Shown piece by piece: positions 23,598-31,504 of a stretch of DNA of 64,000 nt. The notes beneath the pieces were generated by a model that saw only the letters and a list, made by a program, of their open reading frames with translations, did not search any database and was not told the DNA's origin. This DNA comes from Candidatus Limnocylindria bacterium (lineage in GTDB: Bacteria > Chloroflexota > Limnocylindria > QHBO01): positions 4,477 to 68,476 of the forward strand of contig DASYRA010000026.1 of NCBI GenBank assembly GCA_036004845.1, in the 5' to 3' direction. Position 1 is the stretch's first letter. Each line of letters starts with the position of its first letter. The position numbers were made by a program, and so were the translations under genes.

Positions 23598-24359
23598 ATG
23601 CGCCTGATCCATCCCGTCATGATTCGCGGCATGCGGACCCACGCGCTCACCGTCGCGCTTGGCATGCTGATCGTCGGCTTCACCGCCCTGGTGCTCCTGG
23701 CGCTCCTGCCCTCGAACCGCGTAGTGGCCCTTGCCCTGATGGGCGTCTCCGCCGCGCTCGGCATTGGCGTGGGCACCGCAATGGTCTGGCGGGAGGCCCG
23801 CGCGGCCCGGCGACGGCGCAACGAGACCGGCGACGACATCGCGCGCCTCCTGGCCCCCACCCTCGACGACTCCTACACCCTGGTGCTGGCCCCGCGCCTG
23901 CCCGGCGTCCCCGGCGACCTGGCGGCGCTGCTCGTCGGCCCGGCCGGGGTGCGGGCGCTGATCGCGCGCCGCTGGCCCGGGCGGTATCGGGTGCGAGGGA
24001 AGGGGTGGGAGCTCGACACCCGTTCGCGGGCGGGCTGGATCCCCACCCTCACCAATCCCTCGTTCGACGCCGATGCCGTGGCTGATGCCGTCGGACGATG
24101 GTCGCGCGCCGCGGTCGACGACCCGAGCGTCGCCATCACGCCGGCCATCGCCTTTCCGCGGCCGTACTCCACCGTCGTGCTGGAGGAGCCGGCCGGCGAG
24201 ATCGTGACAATCGACAACGCCCCGTGGTGGGCGCAGAGCATTGGGCGGGTGCAGCGCATCGACGCGCAGCGCGCCACCCGGTTTGTGGAGGCGGTCCTCA
24301 GCGCCTCCGAGGCTGAGGCGACGGGAGCCGCCCGCAGCGCCGCCCCCCGGGTCGTCTAG
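23598..24359 (+). CDS. membrane-anchored NERD-domain-like protein
   Basis: Two N-terminal TM helices, then a segment with NERD-like layout (GDDIARLL...DSYTLVLAPRLPG..GDLAALLVGPAGVRALIARRW). The start could be a downstream ATG (23619 or 23631). Confidence 0.5.
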   Translation: MRLIHPVMIRGMRTHALTVALGMLIVGFTALVLLALLPSNRVVALALMGVSAALGIGVGTAMVWREARAARRRRNETGDDIARLLAPTLDDSYTLVLAPRLPGVPGDLAALLVGPAGVRALIARRWPGRYRVRGKGWELDTRSRAGWIPTLTNPSFDADAVADAVGRWSRAAVDDPSVAITPAIAFPRPYSTVVLEEPAGEIVTIDNAPWWAQSIGRVQRIDAQRATRFVEAVLSASEAEATGAARSAAPRVV

Positions 24360-26089
24360 CCCTCGACGGCCTCGTCGCCGACTTCGCCGGTGGCGGCGAT
24401 CCGTTCCGTCTCGCCCCTGGCGCCGCGCGCCAGCAGGATCCGACCACTGGCCTGGGCGGCGAACAGCTTCTCGACGGTCGCCAGCTCGTCGATGTCGGCG
24501 GGGGTCTTGTCGTCGCGAATTCGCACGATGCGCGGGAACCGCATCGCGAACCCGCTCTTGTGGCGCGCGCTGCGCATGATCCGGTCGAAGGCGATCTCAA
24601 CGACCACCTCCGGCACCACGGTCCGATAACGCCCGAAGTCCCGCAGCGTGATCTCCTTGAAGTGCTCGGTCATGGTCGCGATCTCGGCATCGGTCAGGCC
24701 GGTGTAGGCCTTGCCGATGGTGAGCAGCGAATCGCCGTCCGCCGCACGCACCGCGAAGGTGTAGTCGGAGAGGACGCCGCGACGCTTCCCGTGCCCCCAC
24801 TCGACGCCGACCACGACGCAGTCGAGGGTGGCGAGCGCCTTCTTGAGCTTCAGCCAGCCGAGCCCGCGCCGGCCGGGCTGATACACCGATTCGGGGTCCT
24901 TGACCATCAGCCCCTCGTTGCGTCGCTCGCGGGCATCGTCGAAATGCGTCTCCACCTCGTCAGCTGAGCGCGCCGTGGCGAGGTGCGAGTAGAGGAAGCG
25001 CTCGCCGCTCCGCTCCGGCAGTGCAAGCCCCTCGAGCGCGGCGCGGCGCTCGCGGAGCGGCGTTTCGAGCATGTCCCGCCCGTCGAGGTGCAGCAGGTCG
25101 AAGGCGACGAGCACGACCGGCACCTGCTCGAGCAGCTCGGGGCTCGGATCCACGCGGCCGAGCCTCGTCTGCAGGCTGGCGAAGTCGAGCACCGCCCCGG
25201 CCCGATACGGGACCAGCTCCCCGTCAATGACCAGGCGATGCGTGAACGCCGCGGCCGCCGACACGACCTCCGGGAACGCCCCGCCGATCTCGTTGAGGTC
25301 TCGCGAGAAGAGCCTCGGGCCCGCGTTGCCATCCAGGTGCAGCTGCGCGCGGATGCCGTCGTACTTATCCTCGATCCAGGCCTCGTCCCCTACTCGACGC
25401 ATCACCTCGTCGGCATCGACGACCGGCGTGGCGAGCATGAAACGGACCGGGCGTCCCAGGTGGAGTGCCGCATCGGCGAGCCGGTCGTCCCGGGCCAGGA
25501 TCGCCGCCTCGCCGGGCTCGCCGACCAGCATCAGCGCCCGTCGCACCGCCTCGATCGGACGCGCGAACGCCGCGGCGATGGCGTCCTCCAGCAACCCCTC
25601 GCGGAGCCCGATCCGCAGCTCGCGCGCGGCGATCCTGCCGACGAAGCGCGCCTCGGGAGCCGTGGCGCGCCGGAAGAGATCGGTCATCAGCCCGACCCGC
25701 GCGGCCGTGCTGCCCGCCGCGCTCATGGCGCGAAAGGCCGCGTCGACGTCCGTCAGCCTGAGGTGCGCGCCGCTCGGCTCCCGGCCGTCGAGCAGGTCGG
25801 CCGCGGCGTCCCCGAAGTCGGAGTGGCGCAGGTATGCCTCGTGCAGCGCCTGGTCGTCTGCGCCCGTGGCCGCGGCCAGCGCCTGCGTCTGCTGCACCCA
25901 GCCGAGCCCCAGCTTGTCGGCGCTGCCGGGCAGCGGCCTCCCCGCAAAGAACGTCGCGGCGATCGGCACGTCGCCCGGCGGCAGGTTGCGGAGGTAGGAC
26001 GCCAGCAGGTCGCGCTTGCGCAGCTTGGAGGTGGTGGCCGCCACCGCCTCCGCGGTCTTCGCGAACGCCGCGAACAGGCTCGAGCGCAT
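24356..26089 (-). CDS. lig: ATP-dependent DNA ligase with N-terminal DNA-binding domain (LigB/Cdc9 type)
   Basis: 577 aa. Motif I EDKYDGIRAQL, motif IV NEGLMVK, motif V GWLKLKK, plus the C-terminal OB domain. Confidence 0.9.
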   Translation of the reverse strand: MRSSLFAAFAKTAEAVAATTSKLRKRDLLASYLRNLPPGDVPIAATFFAGRPLPGSADKLGLGWVQQTQALAAATGADDQALHEAYLRHSDFGDAAADLLDGREPSGAHLRLTDVDAAFRAMSAAGSTAARVGLMTDLFRRATAPEARFVGRIAARELRIGLREGLLEDAIAAAFARPIEAVRRALMLVGEPGEAAILARDDRLADAALHLGRPVRFMLATPVVDADEVMRRVGDEAWIEDKYDGIRAQLHLDGNAGPRLFSRDLNEIGGAFPEVVSAAAAFTHRLVIDGELVPYRAGAVLDFASLQTRLGRVDPSPELLEQVPVVLVAFDLLHLDGRDMLETPLRERRAALEGLALPERSGERFLYSHLATARSADEVETHFDDARERRNEGLMVKDPESVYQPGRRGLGWLKLKKALATLDCVVVGVEWGHGKRRGVLSDYTFAVRAADGDSLLTIGKAYTGLTDAEIATMTEHFKEITLRDFGRYRTVVPEVVVEIAFDRIMRSARHKSGFAMRFPRIVRIRDDKTPADIDELATVEKLFAAQASGRILLARGARGETERIAATGEVGDEAVEG

Positions 26090-26095
26090 CGGCCA

Positions 26096-26101
26096 AGTCT
26101 A
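26096..26101 (-). promoter_or_regulatory. candidate -10 element (TAGACT) 6 nt upstream of the ligase ATG (leaderless geometry)
   Basis: Minus strand reads caccgTAGACTtggccgATG. Confidence 0.4.
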
Positions 26102-26149
26102 CGGTGGCGCCGCCTTGACGAGCCGCATCGGTCCATTCACCCTTCGCGG

Positions 26150-26752
26150 ATGGTCTTCGCCTGGCAGCGGGTCTCCGACGACCCGGCGATCGCTGCCCGC
26201 ACGCCGCCGGGTCAGGTCCTGACCCACAAGTTCCCGGTGCTGCACTTCGGACGCGTCCCCGACTACCCCGACCTGTCGCGCTGGGATTTCCGCGTCTTCG
26301 GCAACGTTGATACGCCGTTCAGCCTCAGCTGGACCGAGTTCCGCCAGCTGCCGACGATCGAGGTGACCCTCGACATCCACTGCGTCACACGCTGGTCGAA
26401 GCTGGACACCACCTGGGCCGGGGCGCCGTTCAGCCACATCGCCGAGGTGGCGGGACCGCGGGGTGCGCGATTCGTGACCTTCCACAGCGAGCACGGCTAC
26501 ACCACCAACATCCCGCTCGAGGTGGCCCTCGACCCCCAATGCCTCCTGGCCTGGAGCTACGACGGCAAGCCGATCGAGCCCGATCACGGCTACCCGTTGC
26601 GCGCCATCGTGCCGGGCCGCTACTTCTGGAAGAGCGCCAAGTGGCTGCGCGGGGTCGAGTTCACGGTCGAGGATCGGCTCGGCTTCTGGGAGCGCAACGG
26701 CTACTCGAACTCCGCCGACCCATGGCGCGAAGAGCGCTACTCGGACCCGTAG
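26150..26752 (+). CDS. sulfite-oxidase-like molybdopterin-binding oxidoreductase (small, single domain)
   Basis: The C-terminal 200 aa of track ORF 24983..26752, from ATG 26150. DIHCVTRWSK (Mo-ligand Cys) and GYPLRAIVPGRYFWKSAKWL motifs. The upstream 389 track residues are antisense to the ligase gene. Confidence 0.8.
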   Translation: MVFAWQRVSDDPAIAARTPPGQVLTHKFPVLHFGRVPDYPDLSRWDFRVFGNVDTPFSLSWTEFRQLPTIEVTLDIHCVTRWSKLDTTWAGAPFSHIAEVAGPRGARFVTFHSEHGYTTNIPLEVALDPQCLLAWSYDGKPIEPDHGYPLRAIVPGRYFWKSAKWLRGVEFTVEDRLGFWERNGYSNSADPWREERYSDP

Positions 26753-26753
26753 G

Positions 26754-27062
26754 ATGCATCCCTTTCTGCGCAACGTGGTGATCGGCGTGGTCGGGCTGCT
26801 GATCGCCGCCGCCCTGACCACCATGTCGATCCTCAGCGCGGACACCGGCTTCTCGGTTGCCGCCATGCTGGTGTCGGCGCTGATCGCGGTGGTGATCGGG
26901 ATCTTCCTCTTCGTCCAGGGCTGGATCTGGTCGCAGCGCGCCTACCGCACCCGCTCGACCGGGATGTCGCTGGCGATCGCGCTGGGCGGCGGGTTCATGA
27001 TCCTGCTGGCGGCCCTGGCGCTGGCCGGGGCCGTGATCCTCGTGATCCTCTTCTACCTGTAG
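26754..27062 (+). CDS. hypothetical membrane protein (3-4 TM)
   Basis: 102 aa, strongly hydrophobic with plausible TM helices. Starts 1 nt after the previous stop. Confidence 0.55.
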   Translation: MHPFLRNVVIGVVGLLIAAALTTMSILSADTGFSVAAMLVSALIAVVIGIFLFVQGWIWSQRAYRTRSTGMSLAIALGGGFMILLAALALAGAVILVILFYL

Positions 27063-27092
27063 GAGCGGCGCCGATGGCGCGGGCCAGCGCCT

Positions 27093-27101
27093 TGCTACGA
27101 T
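27093..27101 (+). promoter_or_regulatory. candidate extended -10 promoter (TGCTACGAT) for tRNA-Glu
   Basis: cctTGCTACGATggg lies 13 nt upstream of the mature tRNA 5' end. Confidence 0.5.
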
Positions 27102-27114
27102 GGGCGCCGCAGGC

Positions 27115-27191
27115 GCCCCCATCGTCTAGAGGCCTAGGACGCCACCCTTTCAAGGTGGAGATCACCGGTTCGAATCCGGTTGGGGGCACCA
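27115..27191 (+). tRNA. tRNA-Glu (anticodon UUC), CCA encoded
   Basis: GCCCCCATCGTCTAGAGGCCTAGGACGCCACCCTTTCAAGGTGGAGATCACCGGTTCGAATCCGGTTGGGGGCACCA folds by hand into a cloverleaf: 7-bp acceptor, CCACC/GGTGG anticodon stem, loop CTTTCAA. Confidence 0.92.
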
Positions 27192-27205
27192 CACCTTCGA
27201 GGCCG

Positions 27206-27688
27206 ATGCCCACCTGGCACACCCTCCACAGCCTGGCTCCCGACCTGGTGACGGTCGGCGAGGCGCGCCTGCGACACTTCCGGCTGGCGATGTTGGGCAC
27301 CATCCGCGCGGATGGCTCGCCGCGGATCAGCCCGGTGGAGCCGTACCTCGGCAGCGGGGAGCTGCTCATCGGGGTGATTCGCGGCTCCGCCAAGGCCCAC
27401 GACCTGCTTCGCGATCCGCGCTGCACGCTGCACTCGATCATCGACGACCCGGATGCCGGCCAGCCCGAGCTGACCCTCCGTGGCCGATTCACCGAGGTCG
27501 ACGCCGCGACCCGCCGGGCCGACCCGGACGGTTGGTGGCTGTCCTTCGAGGAGAGCGCGCCGCTGGTCGGCACGATCGACCTCGCGGCTGCCTCACTCCT
27601 GCGCTTCGACCTGGAGCGCAGCGAGCTGTCGGTCATGCACTGGACGCCGGCGGGCGGCGTCACGGAGCTGCGGAAGCCCTACCCCTGA
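27206..27688 (+). CDS. pyridoxamine 5'-phosphate oxidase family (split-barrel flavin/deazaflavin-binding) protein
   Basis: 160 aa from ATG 27206 (track ORF 27074 runs through the tRNA). AMLGTIRADGSPRISPVEP and RDPRCTLHS are typical of the PPOX-like family. Confidence 0.7.
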   Translation: MPTWHTLHSLAPDLVTVGEARLRHFRLAMLGTIRADGSPRISPVEPYLGSGELLIGVIRGSAKAHDLLRDPRCTLHSIIDDPDAGQPELTLRGRFTEVDAATRRADPDGWWLSFEESAPLVGTIDLAAASLLRFDLERSELSVMHWTPAGGVTELRKPYP

Positions 27689-27694
27689 ATCGCG

Positions 27695-27874
27695 CTAGAC
27701 GTGGTTGATCTCGACGCGGTCGCCACAGTCGGGGCAGTACAGCAGCAGCAGCTTGGGATCGTCCGGCACCGGGCGCCAGGAGTAGACCATCTCCTCGGTG
27801 ACGCGTTCGCCGCAGCGAGGGCATTCGGCGCCGATCTCGAGCCACTGGTCGCGCGGGACGTTCTGCCTGCCCAC
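27695..27874 (-). CDS. small zinc-ribbon protein (59 aa), hypothetical
   Basis: Below the track cut-off; my translation is VGRQNVPRDQWLEIGAECPRCGERVTEEMVYSWRPVPDDPKLLLLYCPDCGDRVEINHV, with CPRC...CPDC pairs. The GTG start directly follows the upstream TAG stop. Confidence 0.45.
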   Translation of the reverse strand: MGRQNVPRDQWLEIGAECPRCGERVTEEMVYSWRPVPDDPKLLLLYCPDCGDRVEINHV

Positions 27875-28378
27875 CTACCCGCCCTCGTCGGTCGGCTCGT
27901 CGGTCGGCTCGTGGCCCGCCTCGGCGTCCCGGCGCACCGCAGGTGGCGGCGCCCACTCGGGCTTGCCGACCGGGTTGGTGGGGCCCGGCGCGTCGGCCGG
28001 CGATCCATCCGCAGCGAGGATCGCGGCGCGCGTGCGCTCGGCATGCTTCGACGGCGCCAGCATCGGGTAGGCGCGTGCCGCGTAGCCGGGCCACAGGCCG
28101 ACCGCGCCGTCACGGATCATGACCTGTGAGCGACGGAAGCTGCCGGTCACGTCGCTCGCGGCCCGGTCGAGGACCTGGTAGGTGTGCCCCGTCACCTGGC
28201 GCAGGGCGCCAGGCAGGGACTCGACCAGGTCGTCGGGGTTGGGGTTGTCCGTCAGCGCGATCTCCAGGGCGGCGAGCACCTGCTCGTCCCGCAGGTTGCG
28301 CGGCAACGGAAGGCTGATGAAGGCCATGCGTGGGTCGCGGCTCGGCCCCCTCAGCGTGCGAACCAGGGACTTGATCAT
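27875..28378 (-). CDS. hypothetical protein (167 aa) with acidic Pro-rich tail
   Basis: Good GC3 bias. I recognise no family. Confidence 0.55.
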   Translation of the reverse strand: MIKSLVRTLRGPSRDPRMAFISLPLPRNLRDEQVLAALEIALTDNPNPDDLVESLPGALRQVTGHTYQVLDRAASDVTGSFRRSQVMIRDGAVGLWPGYAARAYPMLAPSKHAERTRAAILAADGSPADAPGPTNPVGKPEWAPPPAVRRDAEAGHEPTDEPTDEGG

Positions 28379-28387
28379 CGGTTCGCG

Positions 28388-28393
28388 ATTGTA
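28388..28393 (-). promoter_or_regulatory. candidate -10 element (TACAAT) 9 nt upstream of ATG 28378
   Basis: Minus strand reads caacGCTACAATcgcgaaccgATG. Confidence 0.4.
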
Positions 28394-28436
28394 GCGTTGT
28401 GGACCTGGACGCTTCGGCGGCGCAGCCGGCGGGCGT

Positions 28437-28445
28437 TGCTATACT
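28437..28445 (+). promoter_or_regulatory. candidate extended -10 promoter (TGCTATACT) for galU
   Basis: gcgtTGCTATACTcc lies about 95 nt upstream of GTG 28540. Confidence 0.45.
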
Positions 28446-28539
28446 CCTTCCCGCGTGAGGCACCCCTTCATCGGCGCCGCCTGAAATCCGCCGGCGCTGT
28501 GCCGAGACAGCAACCCGCCCGAGGAGAGACCTGATCACC

Positions 28540-29412
28540 GTGCGCGTCAGAAAGGCCGTCCTGCCGGCGGCCGGCTTCGGTACTCGCTTCCTGCCCGCGA
28601 CCAAGGCCATCCCCAAGGAGATGATCCCGCTGGTCGACCGACCGATCATCCAGTACGCGGTCGAGGAGGCGGTCGCCTCGGGGATCGAGCAGATCGTCAT
28701 CGTCATCGCCAGCGGCCGCAGCGCCGTCGAGGAGCATTTCGACTCGCATCCTGCCCTGGAGAGCTGGCTCGAGGAGCGCGGCGACATCGAGACGCTGCGG
28801 GCGATCCGTCGCATCTCGGAGATCGGCCCGATCGCCTTCGTCCACCAGAAGGAGCAGCTCGGGCTCGGCCACGCGGTGCTGATGGCCAAGGAGCTGGTCG
28901 GCGATGAGCCGTTCGCGGTGCTCCTCTCCGATGACGTGATGCTCAACCCCGGCGGGAAGCCGGTGACGGCGCAGCTGATCGAGCAATACCACGCGCACCG
29001 AGGCTCGATGATCGCCGTCCAGCGCGTGCCGCGCGACGAGGTCGACCGCTACGGGATCGTCGCGCCGCTCCACCACGAGGGGCGCCTGGTCGAGATCGAC
29101 GACCTGGTGGAGAAGCCCGCGGTCGGCGAGGCGCCGTCCGACCTGGGCGTCCTGGGCCGCTACATCCTGAGCCCGAGGATCTTCGACAAGCTCGAGACGA
29201 CCCAGCGCGGCGCCGGTGGCGAGATCCAGCTCACCGACGCCATCCGCGCCCTCACCGCCGAGCAGCCGGTCTTCGGCTACCAGTTCGAGGGGGTGCGTCA
29301 CGACGCCGGCACCCGGCTGGGCTGGTTGAAGGCCAACATCGCGATGTCGCTGGAGTCCGACCTGGCCGACGAGGTGCGGGCCCATGTGCGCAGCCTCGAC
29401 CTGCGAGACTAG
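28540..29412 (+). CDS. galU: UTP--glucose-1-phosphate uridylyltransferase
   Basis: AVLPAAGFGTRFLPATKAIPKEMIPLVD N-terminal motif with full-length GalU-like sequence. Confidence 0.95.
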   Translation: MRVRKAVLPAAGFGTRFLPATKAIPKEMIPLVDRPIIQYAVEEAVASGIEQIVIVIASGRSAVEEHFDSHPALESWLEERGDIETLRAIRRISEIGPIAFVHQKEQLGLGHAVLMAKELVGDEPFAVLLSDDVMLNPGGKPVTAQLIEQYHAHRGSMIAVQRVPRDEVDRYGIVAPLHHEGRLVEIDDLVEKPAVGEAPSDLGVLGRYILSPRIFDKLETTQRGAGGEIQLTDAIRALTAEQPVFGYQFEGVRHDAGTRLGWLKANIAMSLESDLADEVRAHVRSLDLRD

Positions 29413-29418
29413 CGCGCG

Positions 29419-31053
29419 GTGGAGATGATCGGGCGGCTGATCGGCGGTCGGTATCGGCTCATCGCGCCCCTCGGCGAGGGCGGGATGGCGACGCTGTGGC
29501 GCGCCATGGACGAGCAGCTCGACCGCGAGGTGGCCGTCAAGCTGCTGCGGCCGCAGTTCGGCAACGACCCCGGCTTCGCCGCGCGGTTCAAGCAGGAGGC
29601 CCGATCCGCCGGCTCCCTCTCCCACCCGAACATCGTCTCGGTCTACGACTACGGAACCGATGCCGAGACGGGCGGCCAGTTCATCGTCATGCAGCTGGTC
29701 GACGGCGATGACCTTGCCGCCATCCTGCACAAGCACGGGCGCCTCGAGACCGACGACGCGGTGCGCATCGCCATCGGCGTGGCGTCGGCCCTGGAGGCAG
29801 CGCATCGCCGCGGGATCGTCCATCGCGACGTCAAGCCGGGGAACATCCTGATCGACCAGGACGTGAAGGTGACCGACTTCGGCATCGCCCGGGCGGTGAG
29901 CGAAGCCTCAATGACGGTGACCGGCACCACCTTGGGATCGGTGCATTACTTCAGCCCCGAGCAGGCGCGCGGCGACGAGGTGACCGGCCAGTCGGACGTC
30001 TACGCGCTGGGGATCGTGCTGTACGAGATGCTGACCGGGCGCCGCCCATTCGAGGGGGACTCGGCCGCCGGCGTGGCCCTCAAGCGGTTGAGCGAGGACC
30101 CCGCCCCGCCCACCGAGCACGGTCCCGTGCCGCCCGGCCTTTCAGCGATCGTGATGCGCGCGCTCGAGCGCGAGCCCGCCAACCGCTACCCCGATGCCGG
30201 AGCGTTCGCCGAGGCGCTGCGCGTCTGGCAGAGCGACCCGGACGCCGCCAACGCCGTCGCCGCGGCGGCGGCTCCCATGGTCACGCCGGCGGCTGGCGAG
30301 CCGACGGTCTACGTGCCGCCGCGGGTGACCCTGCCGTCGGACCGGGCGGCGATCTCGGGGATGCCAGCGGAACCCGGCGGCTCCCGTGGCGCGCCGCCGG
30401 GACGGCCACTGCAACGCTACCCCGAGCCACGCGACGAGGGACAGCCGTGGTGGATCTGGCTCCTCGCCGTGCTGGCGGTGATCCTGCTCGGCACCATCGG
30501 CTTCCTGGGGGCGCAGGTCATCGGTGGGCTTGGGCCCGATGGATCTCCCACCCCGACCCCGACGGGGCTGACGGTGCCGAACTGGGTCGGCGACCCAATC
30601 GCCGGCGTGCGTGCCGATGCAGAACGGCTGGGCCTGGTCCTCGACGAGCAGCCTCCCGAGCCGAGCGACACCGTTCCGGTCGACCGCGTCATCCGCACCG
30701 ACCCCGAGAGCGGCACACCGGTCGAACGGGGTGACACGGTCCAGGTCTGGGTCAGCTCGGGGACCGAGCAGGTGACCGTGCCCATCCTGATCGGGCAAAA
30801 TCGAACGGAGGCGGTTGCCACCCTGCAGGCAAACGAGCTGCAGCTGGGGCGCGTCACCTTCGAAGCGTCCGACCGTCCGGCCGACGAGGTGATCGCCACC
30901 AACCCGAGCGCCGGGATAAAGGTCGGCGTCGGAAGCCAGGTGGACCTGGTGCTGTCTCTCGGGCCCACGCCCTCGCCCAGCCCGTCGCCAACGCCAGTGC
31001 CGACCCCCAGCCCCACGCCGGTCCCGCCGCCTCCCACGCCATCACCGTCCTGA
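29419..31053 (+). CDS. Ser/Thr protein kinase with TM helix and two extracellular PASTA domains (PknB-like)
   Basis: Kinase motifs GEGGMATLW, VAVKLL, HRDVKPGNIL, DFGIA, SPEQ. TM segment WWIWLLAVLAVILLGTIGFLG. Two PASTA-like repeats and a Pro/Thr/Ser-rich tail. Confidence 0.9.
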   Translation: MEMIGRLIGGRYRLIAPLGEGGMATLWRAMDEQLDREVAVKLLRPQFGNDPGFAARFKQEARSAGSLSHPNIVSVYDYGTDAETGGQFIVMQLVDGDDLAAILHKHGRLETDDAVRIAIGVASALEAAHRRGIVHRDVKPGNILIDQDVKVTDFGIARAVSEASMTVTGTTLGSVHYFSPEQARGDEVTGQSDVYALGIVLYEMLTGRRPFEGDSAAGVALKRLSEDPAPPTEHGPVPPGLSAIVMRALEREPANRYPDAGAFAEALRVWQSDPDAANAVAAAAAPMVTPAAGEPTVYVPPRVTLPSDRAAISGMPAEPGGSRGAPPGRPLQRYPEPRDEGQPWWIWLLAVLAVILLGTIGFLGAQVIGGLGPDGSPTPTPTGLTVPNWVGDPIAGVRADAERLGLVLDEQPPEPSDTVPVDRVIRTDPESGTPVERGDTVQVWVSSGTEQVTVPILIGQNRTEAVATLQANELQLGRVTFEASDRPADEVIATNPSAGIKVGVGSQVDLVLSLGPTPSPSPSPTPVPTPSPTPVPPPPTPSPS

Positions 31054-31081
31054 GGCCTGGCGCGCCAGACTGCGGCGGCGG

Positions 31082-31090
31082 TGCTACCAT
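31082..31090 (+). promoter_or_regulatory. candidate extended -10 promoter (TGCTACCAT) for trxA
   Basis: gTGCTACCATccc lies 44 nt upstream of ATG 31135, which is preceded by GGAGG. Confidence 0.45.
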
Positions 31091-31134
31091 CCCGGCCGCA
31101 CAACGAATCCCGACCTGGAGGTCAGCCCCCGAAC

Positions 31135-31461
31135 ATGACAGCCCCGATGACGGTCGACGATGCGACCTTCGCCGCGGAGGTCCTCAATGCCGAGAAGCCG
31201 GTCCTGGTCGACTTCTGGGCGCCTTGGTGCGGCCCCTGCCGCCTCGTCTCGCCCGTGGTCGAGGCGGTGGGTGAGGCACACGCCGACAAGATCGCCACGG
31301 CCAAGGTCAACACCGACGAGAACCAGCAGCTGGCGATGCGCTACAGCATCTTCAGCATCCCGACCATGATCGTCTTCAAGGACGGCCGCGAGGCCGCACG
31401 CCTGGTCGGCTACATGCCGCAGGCGGCACTGGAAGATCGGCTCCGCGAATTTCTCGCCTAG
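31135..31461 (+). CDS. trxA: thioredoxin
   Basis: VLVDFWAPWCGPCR active site. 108 aa from ATG 31135 with a GGAGG RBS; the track start at 31081 is an upstream GTG. Confidence 0.95.
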   Translation: MTAPMTVDDATFAAEVLNAEKPVLVDFWAPWCGPCRLVSPVVEAVGEAHADKIATAKVNTDENQQLAMRYSIFSIPTMIVFKDGREAARLVGYMPQAALEDRLREFLA

Positions 31462-31492
31462 GCGGAATGCGCGCCGGCGCGATGCCACTCGC

Positions 31493-31498
31493 TAGACT
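31493..31498 (+). promoter_or_regulatory. candidate -10 element (TAGACT) 6 nt upstream of GTG 31505 (leaderless geometry)
   Basis: ctcGCTAGACTcagccgGTG. Confidence 0.35.
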
Positions 31499-31504
31499 CA
31501 GCCG

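Noticed and set aside
19634-24359. WYL regulator, CYTH, NERD protein and the distant SbcCD-like pair considered as an anti-phage defence island (BrxR/CapW-style WYL control).
   Set aside because: There is no recognisable effector or sensor of any known defence system: no CD-NTase, TIR, Sir2, OLD/Gabija, BREX or restriction genes. There are no mobile-element hallmarks or compositional shift. The genes sit among housekeeping and repair functions. The defence reading is therefore unsupported, although the WYL-CYTH pair itself remains interesting.
24983-26149. The N-terminal 389 residues of track ORF 24983..26752 (589 aa).
   Set aside because: This part is antisense to the DNA ligase gene and is Arg-rich junk. 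Only the last 200 aa, from ATG 26150, show the molybdopterin-oxidoreductase sequence.
27115-27191. tRNA-Glu and tRNA-Thr (56205..56279) considered as integration sites of genomic islands or prophages.
   Set aside because: There is no integrase, recombinase or phage gene nearby, and I noticed no second copy of either tRNA 3' end that would mark an att site. The flanking genes have the same composition as the rest of the window.
31470-31481. 12-nt perfect palindrome CGCGCCGGCGCG after the trxA stop, considered as an intrinsic terminator.
   Set aside because: The stem would be only about 4 bp once a loop is allowed, and no U-tract follows. Such GC palindromes are expected by chance at this GC content.
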